DNA of 46,936 bases, taken from assembly GCA_016748015.1 (NCBI GenBank), contig JAAOMT010000306.1, forward strand, positions 30,602 through 77,537, written 5' to 3'. Source of the DNA: Geosiphon pyriformis uo1. Lineage: Eukaryota; Fungi; Glomeromycota. The position numbers and the translations under genes were made by a program. Below the pieces are notes generated by a model. The model was not told the origin of the DNA, ran no database searches, and was given only the letters and a program-made list of their open reading frames with translations. Below are positions 39,009-46,936 of this stretch, piece by piece; the stretch's first letter is position 1, and every line of letters starts with the position of its first letter.

Positions 39009-40684
39009 ATAAATACACAAAAATATCAACAACTTCAACATTTTATAAATATTCAATAGTTTAAGAAGAAATTATCTCAAAAAAAACAAAACCATATTAA
39101 ACAACAGTCCAAATATTTTATTACTCACCAAAATATACTTTATCAGAAAAACAGAAAGAATTCAGATCAACTAACCAAAGTAATCACAAAACCAGAGAAA
39201 GAAACAATATTATTTAACATGCATTTCAATCCAACAGCAGGACATTTTCACAAAGAAACAATCATGAAAAGAACCAGAAATAGATACTATTGACTATTTA
39301 TGTACTCAGACATCATTCAATAGGTGCAAAATTGTGATGCTTGTCAGAAAAGAGAAGGAACAAGACTCAGCAAACCATTAAGACCAATCAAAGTAGGACA
39401 ACTATTTGAGCATATTGGAATTGACTTAGTCAGACCATTAACAATAACTAGCAGAGAGAACAGATACATTGCAATAACCATAGATTATTTCACTAAATGG
39501 CCAGAAGCAAAAGCAATTCAAAGAACAGATGCAAAATCCATTGCCAAATTCGTTCATCAAGATCTGATTTGTTGATATAGATGTCCAAAAAAATTATTAT
39601 CTGACCAAGGAACTCACTTTGTGAATAGAACATTAACAGAACTGAATCAAAGATTCGGAATAAAGAGACTATTATTATTACCATATCACTTACAAACCAA
39701 TGAATTAATTAAAAAATTCAATAGAACATTGTGTAAAACAATAGCCAAAATTAGCCAAGAAAACCAGAATGAATAAGATTTATTTATACTATTAGTATTA
39801 TTTGCTTATTGGACAATAAAGCAAGATATTACACAAGCAACACCATTTGAATTAGTATATAGTAGAATAGCAATATTACAAGTTGAGATAAAGGTTAATA
39901 CATATTCAACAGAACCAATAACAGAAACCAATCTCCAAAAAACATTGCTGAGAAGAACATATAACTTAATAGAAATGCTAGAAAACAAATAGCAAAAAGC
40001 AGCTGATAATATCCAAAAATTACAAAAAAAACAAAAAAAAAGACACAATAACTAACTACCAAATAAACTTGTCAAATTCAGAATTGGAGACAAAGTACTA
40101 TTATATTGTACCAAAGTAGAAAAACAGTAGAATAGAAAGTTTGATCCAAAATGGAACAGACTATTTCACATACACAAAATTTTAGGAAATAGATCTTACA
40201 AGTTATGATTAGAAAAACAGAATTCTAAATAAAACAGCACATAAAAATTGTTTAAAAATTTATCAAACAACACAAGAATTGACATCAGTAGACACCAGAC
40301 AATATCCAAGAGTGGAAAAAAAAACTCCCTTCAACATATTGGTTTTACAAAATCAGGGAACAATTAGACTTAAAAAACCCATATAGAGACTACAACCAGA
40401 AAACTTTCAACAAAGAAGCAATGCAACAAATAGAAAAATTTGTAAGAAGGAGCAACTTGACACTACACTACAAGGCAGCATGTTGATTATACATTGCTTT
40501 CCAATATTGTTCAAACATACTATTGAATGGATCTTTGAAAAAGATAACAGTCAACAACATAAAACAAATGACCAATCAATAGTTTGAAGATCTACAAAAA
40601 GCCATAGTTGACATAATTATCAAACATTATATAAACAAAGTTCTATTAACAGACATAACCAACTTTACAGGAGCTTAATATTAA
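39009..40684 (+). pseudogene. Gypsy C integrase (from 39009) and truncated 3' accessory ORF (~40300-40684)
   Basis: GHFHKE...CDACQK, IGIDLVRPL, DYFTKWPEA; the 3' part is homologous to B ORF3 and ends NFTGA*Y*. Confidence 0.8.
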
Positions 40685-40699
40685 AAAAAGAAGAGATAA

Positions 40700-41556
40700 T
40701 GTTACTTAAAGAAAAAAAGTCTATCAAAGAAAGAAGAAAAAACATGACCTGAAAAAAAACGTAATAAAATATGAAGGGACACAGAATAGTATGCAATAAT
40801 ATAGGATAATGTATTATAATATAAGATAATGTGTTATAATGCAGAATAACATAGAATAATTAGTTACAACTTAAGAAAATAAAGTAATAGCTAGCAAAAA
40901 CAAACAATCCAAAGCAATTCTGTAAAACTAGAAAATACATATATATAGTAATAGCATTAGAAGCAGAAAAAAAAAATCTCCAGACAGAAATTCATTAGTT
41001 ACCATTCCACAATTAGAAACCATATCATTTCAAAATATTAATAAATATACTTATTGAGTATCTCAAATCTAGTTGTTTGCTATCAACTCTAAATGTTGAT
41101 AGTAATTGATACTTAAAACACATGGGAACAATAGTCTTTGATCATGGCTATTGACAAAATACTAACTTATATTGCCTTGACTTATTGTCTTTATTTTTCT
41201 TTATCTCTTTTATTTTTGCTTTATTTTGTTGTGTATACTAATTGATTGAGGATTAAGCGCTAAGTATTGATGTTAAAAATTGCCTGGTAAAAGACCTCTA
41301 CAAGTGAGTAGAATGCATAAGAATTATGAATTGCTTACCAGAAGATTGCTGGCCATTATACTGAGAAAAAAATTGACAGAATTGTGATTCTGGGAAGCTA
41401 TGAATAAAATAACATGGGAATTTCTGTTTGTTATACAAAGAATTCTAATCAAAACCTTCAGATTGAAACACCTTCAGACATTACTAACATCATCAATTGA
41501 ACACCAAGTTATGGGTTTGTTATTTGCTTTAAGATCCCAAATAATTATCTGTAACA
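40700..41556 (+). repeat. 3' LTR of Gypsy C
   Basis: TGTTAC...GTAACA; direct repeat of 31996-32891. Confidence 0.92.
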
Positions 41557-41560
41557 ACAG

Positions 41561-42337
41561 CCTTTTGCCATATTCTAATCAACTGAATTTTAATTGACTT
41601 AATTTTACCAAATTCAGAAACTGTAGTAACAATCATTTTCTTTTGTGTATCCATGGGAATTTCTTTAATTACTACAGCCTGATCTGAATAAATGCCTTGT
41701 TTTTTAAGATTAGTGTTTATGACAATTCCTTTTTCTCTGGTTAATGATGTGGTTTTTTTTAAACTGCTTTTTGATGTGAAGATAAATCTGATAATTTTTT
41801 CAAATTTTGAGGAGATAGTGGCCTCTCTAAAACTATTGACTGATGAAAAATTTTTTCTAACAAACTGAGTCTTTGCCATCGCTGATTTCTCTTCCACAGC
41901 TAAGAGATTAATGTTTAAAACAAAAAATTTTCTAATGAGCACCTCAACCAGAGTTTTTACCACTTTGGAGTCAACCCATTTTTTGTCGAAAGAGATATTG
42001 AGAGGAGAGAAGAGATAAACCAAATTCTCATTCATTCCAAAGTCAATAGTACCAATAGGTAAACCACTGATCAAATTACTACTAACTCTTTTAACTTTGG
42101 GAGTTATTGCAGCTAAACTGAAAAAAGAACCACCACCTGAACTTATTGTAGCACTACCAAGCTTATTGTTACTAAATTAACTGTCCATATCCGAATACAT
42201 GTCATTATTGCCACAAAATGATTATTAGCTTGAGAAATGTTGAAAATAATAAAACAAATAAGATAAAAAACAAAAAACTTCTATTTCAAAAAACTGCTCT
42301 TTGAAAAATTTGGACGAAAGAGAAAAAGAAGTTTTTT
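41561..42337 (-). pseudogene. LINE copy 2: ORF1 N-terminal part and 5' UTR
   Basis: ORF 41529-42074 matches copy 1 ORF1 (6089-6700); 5' UTR matches 6950-7067. Confidence 0.85.
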
Positions 42338-43051
42338 GCAATATTAAAAATATAAAAATATTGTTAAGTAAATTAATATTAATAAATAATATAATAATAA
42401 TTAAAATTTAATTATTATAAATATAAAAACTAAATTAAATTTTAAATTATAAATAAATTTAATAGAATTAAAGTTTTTGTTTTAATTTGAATTTTAGTTA
42501 TTTAAAATTTGATATTATAATTATTATAAACAATAATTTAATTAAATATATATATAAGATTTTAAAAATAAATTGGTTTGAAGATTAGTTATTTGTTTTT
42601 TGCCAATATAATTAGAAATATTTTAATTAATATAATTACATAGTATTGCTTTGATTGGCCAAATGGCTGATTACATGTAACAAACACATAAATTATATTT
42701 AATTTAGAATTTTAGATAGTTGTATTGTATTAGATAGTAATTGAGTTTCACTTATAAATAAAAAATAAATAAATAAATTAATAACTATTATTGTTTAAAC
42801 TACTATTTAAATATAAATTTTTTGTTACTATTTTAAAATTAGATATTAAATTTTTTTAAATATATAATTGGCTTAAATAAATAAAATTAATTTATAACTA
42901 AAACTATATAAATTTATTTTGTTATTTTAGATGGCAATTTTAATAAAAATAAATTTAAAAAAAGTATTAATTTTAAAAAAAATTTTAATTTAGATTTTAA
43001 TTAATTTTATAATAAATAATATTATCTATAAAATAATATAAAAAAATAATA

Positions 43052-44953
43052 CAGACAGATCTTTATAAAAAAACAATCTCTTACAAAAAACATTTTTTTA
43101 TAGAATTAATTAATTAATTAGCAATTTACTTTTTTGATCTTATTTATTTTTATATACAGCTACTTAACTCTTATTTAAACTTGTTAAAACCAAATTTAAT
43201 ATTATTGTTATAGGAATATTTTCTAACAAACTTGCTAAATTATCACAATAGTAGAATTTTTATTCAAAAAATAAAAACAAGGAACAGTTAATAATACTCT
43301 TTATAAAAAAATTTGTCAATATTCCAAAAATTACTATGGTACAAAACATGATAATATTATAGCTTATTTTAATTATAAATATTCAAAAAACATGCAAAGT
43401 AGTTGAATATTAAAATTAATAAAATTCCAGAAAGATTTATTCAACACAAAATATTAAATTTTTATTATTAGACCAAGTTTTAAGTTATTGGGTAAAACAA
43501 ATAATTACAGCTACTATCAAATTTAATAATCAACTAAATAAAGAAAAAGAAAAAAATTTGTTAAACTTTTTAGTATACACAAAAATAAAATACAATTTTT
43601 AAATAGATTGGTTCAAAAATTCAAAAAATGAAACTAGTTATATGTTTACTAATTTTATGATAAAACAGAAAATATATTAACTAAAAGTTTATTAGAAAAA
43701 TAAAAAAAATTAAAAATTATTATATCCGAATTTAATCTTGTTAACATATATAATACTAATAAAACAAGATTATTTTTCGTATAAAACCAAATCAAACACT
43801 AGTAAAATGTTAAAATACAAGAAAAAAATTTATATATTATATATTTATTAATTGTTATTGTTATATATTATTATTATATTAAATTAATTGGGTTTTTTAT
43901 AGAATAAATTTTAAATTATAATTTTTTTTGCTACAAAATCTACTAGATCTTATAAATTGTAATTTTTAGTAATTCGACATGCAAAAAATTTAAGATATCT
44001 AAAAAAAATTAATATTTTTAATTTATATATGATTTACAAATTCAATTTCAAAGCATAAATGTACTTAAATATATGGAAAACATGACTCAAATATATAAAT
44101 AAAGACTTTTAAATTCAAAATTGGCATATATTACTTTTGATTAATAATACAACTTTTTATTATACTTAAATTAAAGCCAAAATATTGCTTGTTATATATA
44201 GATTAAGATATATATAATTTTAATTATTTAATAAATTATTTTTAATAACCAATTTAGACTACTAAGTGCTTTGTTAATTAATTAAATAGCAAGTAAATTT
44301 TTATATCAAAGAATATAAAATTTTTTATATCAAAAATAGATAAATTTTATTTTATTTAATTCAATTATATATTATTTAAAAAGTAATATTTTATTCCGGA
44401 AATTTTTATTGGCAGAATATTCTATAGCCTATTTTATATTAAATGATAAAGTTATAATATATAATCATGTTTTATTTAGATAATTTAAATAATTAATAAT
44501 AGATAAAGTTTGGTTTTTTATAAACAGTAAAATAAAAATACACTAAAATTAATATTCAATAAGGTAACTTTAAATAAAATAGATATTTTCGATGCAGTAT
44601 TTTTTAAAATAAAGTTTTTTTTTTAATAAACTCGAAATACTTAATTTTGTTTTTTTATTTTTATTGAAAAATTAAAATTTTTAATATTTAAAAAAATATA
44701 ATTAAAAATTTTTTTATAACTATTTGTTTTTTAAAACTTCAGTTTGTATTTCAAAAAATAAATATTGTAATTTAAATTTAACTAATAAATGTTCTTAAAA
44801 CTTGAAATTTATTAAAAATATTATTAATTGAAACAATTTATTTGTGGATTGGTTTTCTGAATCTGTTTATAAGTTTGGTTAGGTTAATATTACTGGTCTA
44901 CATATTATTAATCTTATTTAAGATTAAGTTGTGGCTTATAGAGATCTGATCTG
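43052..44953 (+). mobile_element. Eroded pogo/Tigger-type (Tc1/mariner superfamily) DNA transposon
   Basis: Candidate TIRs ta|cagacagatctttataa (43052) and ttatagagatctgatctg (44936-44953) enclose a transposase relic; the right-hand TA is not preserved. Confidence 0.6.
43280..44160 (+). pseudogene. pogo/Tigger (CENP-B HTH + DDE_1) transposase relic
   Basis: Manual translation gives LDQVLSYWVKQ; NRLVQKFKK*N (cf. SNGWxxxFKKR); NIYNTNKTRLF (cf. DxYNxDETGLF); STRSYKL*FLVIRHAKNLR (cf. ATGxHKLxPLVIGxxKxPR); NFKA*M (cf. NxKAWM); HILLLINN (cf. xILLLxDN). Confidence 0.8.
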
Positions 44954-45532
44954 GCAAAATATAAAAAGAGAAATCTAATTAATAATGCTAGTTTTGTAAT
45001 TTCTAATATTAAAGATTCGACTTTTTTGCTTAATAATATAACAATTTATAAGATTGGTTTGCTAAAAAAATTGATTTGAAATTTAATTTTCTTAAAAACT
45101 TGTTTTTTTAATCTCAAATTTGTTTTTTGATGTGTTGGTCTTCAGAATATAGCTGGTTTAAATAGTTGATTACATGTAATTAAACATGAGTTTTTATTAT
45201 TACATAATAAATAAAGATATATTATAAAATCTAAATTTTTTATTAAAGAGTTAGCATAATAATAAACAAAATTTTCAAAAAATTTAAATTTTAAAAATAT
45301 AATATTTAATATTTAAAATAATAAAATAATGTATTATGTTTTAATTATAAACAAAAATTATTTAATAAATATAATAAACTTATATTATATTTCAAAAAAT
45401 ATTTATTTAAATTAAGTTTGTGATTTTTATTGAAAAATATATTTTATTCAAACTATTAGAAAAAACATTAAGAATTTATTACTATATTTTTTTTAGTTAA
45501 ATGAATAATTTATACATTTTATATTACATAAA

Positions 45533-46164
45533 AATTTATTATTTATATTAGAAAAAATACTTGGATTCTCAAATTTTTATTGCAAAATATGGGAATTAAT
45601 TAGATAAAAAAAGTGATAATAAATCTTTTTGAGATTCTTTGCAATTAAATTATATTAATTTTATTTATATATAATAAAAAATATAAATTAATAAGTATTT
45701 ATTAATATTTTGTAAAGACCAGTTTTTAAAAAATGAAAATAAACAGTTTTAAAATAAGTTAATACTGAAAACTTATTTTTTATGTTCTGTTTAATATAGC
45801 CAAAAATTAATGATAATCTAAATTAGAATATTTTTATTNNNNNNNNNNNNNNNNNNNNAATTTATTATTTATATTAGAAAAAATACTTGGATTCTCAAAT
45901 TTTTATTGCAAAATATGGGAATTAATTAGATAAAAAAAGTGATAATAAATCTTTTTGAGATTCTTTGCAATTAAATTATATTAATTTTATTTATATATAA
46001 TAAAAAATATAAATTAATAAGTATTTATTAATATTTTGTAAAGACCAGTTTTTAAAAAATGAAAATAAACAGTTTTAAAATAAGTTAATACTGAAAACTT
46101 ATTTTTTATGTTCTGTTTAATATAGCCAAAAATTAATGATAATCTAAATTAGAATATTTTTATT
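45533..46164. repeat. 306-bp exact duplication on both sides of a 20-N scaffold gap (probable assembly artefact)
   Basis: 45533-45838 equals 45859-46164; Ns at 45839-45858. Confidence 0.85.
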
Positions 46165-46936
46165 CTAAAGAATAGAAAAAACAAGAAGAATATTAATTAG
46201 AAAAATTAATTATTTAAAAGCTTTATTATTTGATACTTTCTAAATAAAATATAAATAAAACTTGATTTTCTTTCAATTTTATAAATTAAGATCCAAAAAA
46301 TTATGACATAAAATTTTAAGGATTGTAAATTTATTAAAAATTATATAATTATTTTATTTTATTTATAAGTTAATTAGAAAGCTATAATATTATTTCATTT
46401 TTCAAACTTTGCTTAGCCTGATTTAAAGAAAAGATTTAACATATGTTAAAAAAACAAATTTCTTAATTATCTAATTAGTAAGTAATCAAAGAGATTTTTA
46501 TCAAATGTAGTAAAGTTAAAAAAAAAAAATTAGAATCTTTTAGGTTAACTTAATTATTTAAAAAAATAGTTTATCTTGTTAATTATTTAAGTTTTTCAAA
46601 AAGTTAGATAAATATTACAATAAAAGAAAATAAAAAATAATCAAAAATGAAATTAATTAGCAATTATTTTTTTCAAGTAATTGTTTTCTCAAAAATGTAT
46701 TAATAATTTATTTATATAATATTAAAATCCAGTTTTTTAATTGTTTATTACAATTAGAGTTCAATATTATAAATTAATTTATAATCATAATTTATTATAG
46801 TAATAAAAATTTAATATTTTAAAATATTATAAATTAAAATTTTTTAATTATAAAAATTTTTATTACTTATTATAATATTTATTAATATTTATATAAATTA
46901 AAATTTGTTTATAATAGTTCATATATATATAATATT

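Larger units (their letters stand above)
31996..41556 (+). mobile_element. Ty3/Gypsy LTR retrotransposon C (relative of B, dUTPase-bearing), full length, degenerate
   Basis: LTRs 31996-32891 and 40700-41556; TSD atag/acag; PBS tgatgcttcctataagg (32894-32910); PPT ~40683-40699. Confidence 0.95.
7782..42337 (-). mobile_element. LINE copy 2, same family, interrupted by nested LTR elements (LINE segments 7782-11586, 30296-31995, 41561-42337)
   Basis: Segments are colinear with copy 1 across both insertion junctions. Candidate TSD tgcaatatt at 7773-7781 and 42337-42345. Poly(A) tail with AATAAA at the 3' end. Confidence 0.9.

Noticed and set aside
45533-46164. Biological tandem duplication
   Set aside because: Identical copies abut a 20-N gap, typical of an unmerged contig overlap.

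Overview
This is a very AT-rich, CpG-depleted eukaryotic window made almost entirely of decayed transposable elements; I found no intact host gene. A fungal, possibly Glomeromycotina-like, origin is my impression only. It holds two near full-length minus-strand LINEs of one family (APE-RT-RNaseH-CCHC): 267-7067 and 7782-42337. The second LINE is split by nested Ty3/Gypsy LTR elements. A solo LTR (S, 11587-30291) itself carries Gypsy A (+, 11817-19560) and Gypsy B (-, 20005-30126), and Gypsy C (+, 31996-41556) sits further along. A heavily eroded pogo/Tigger-type DNA transposon lies at about 43052-44953, and a 306-bp duplication flanks an N gap. Main observations: (1) in all three Gypsy copies, from two families, pol stops right after RNase H, integrase is a separate out-of-frame ORF, and a third uncharacterised ORF ending in an FxG(A/T)Q-like motif precedes the PPT; (2) B and C carry a dUTPase plus a large Cys-rich insert between protease and RT; (3) all four LTR insertions have 4-bp TSDs that reconstruct to ACG(G/T); (4) A has a canonical -1 frameshift site; (5) C>T/G>A decay is pervasive and RIP-like.
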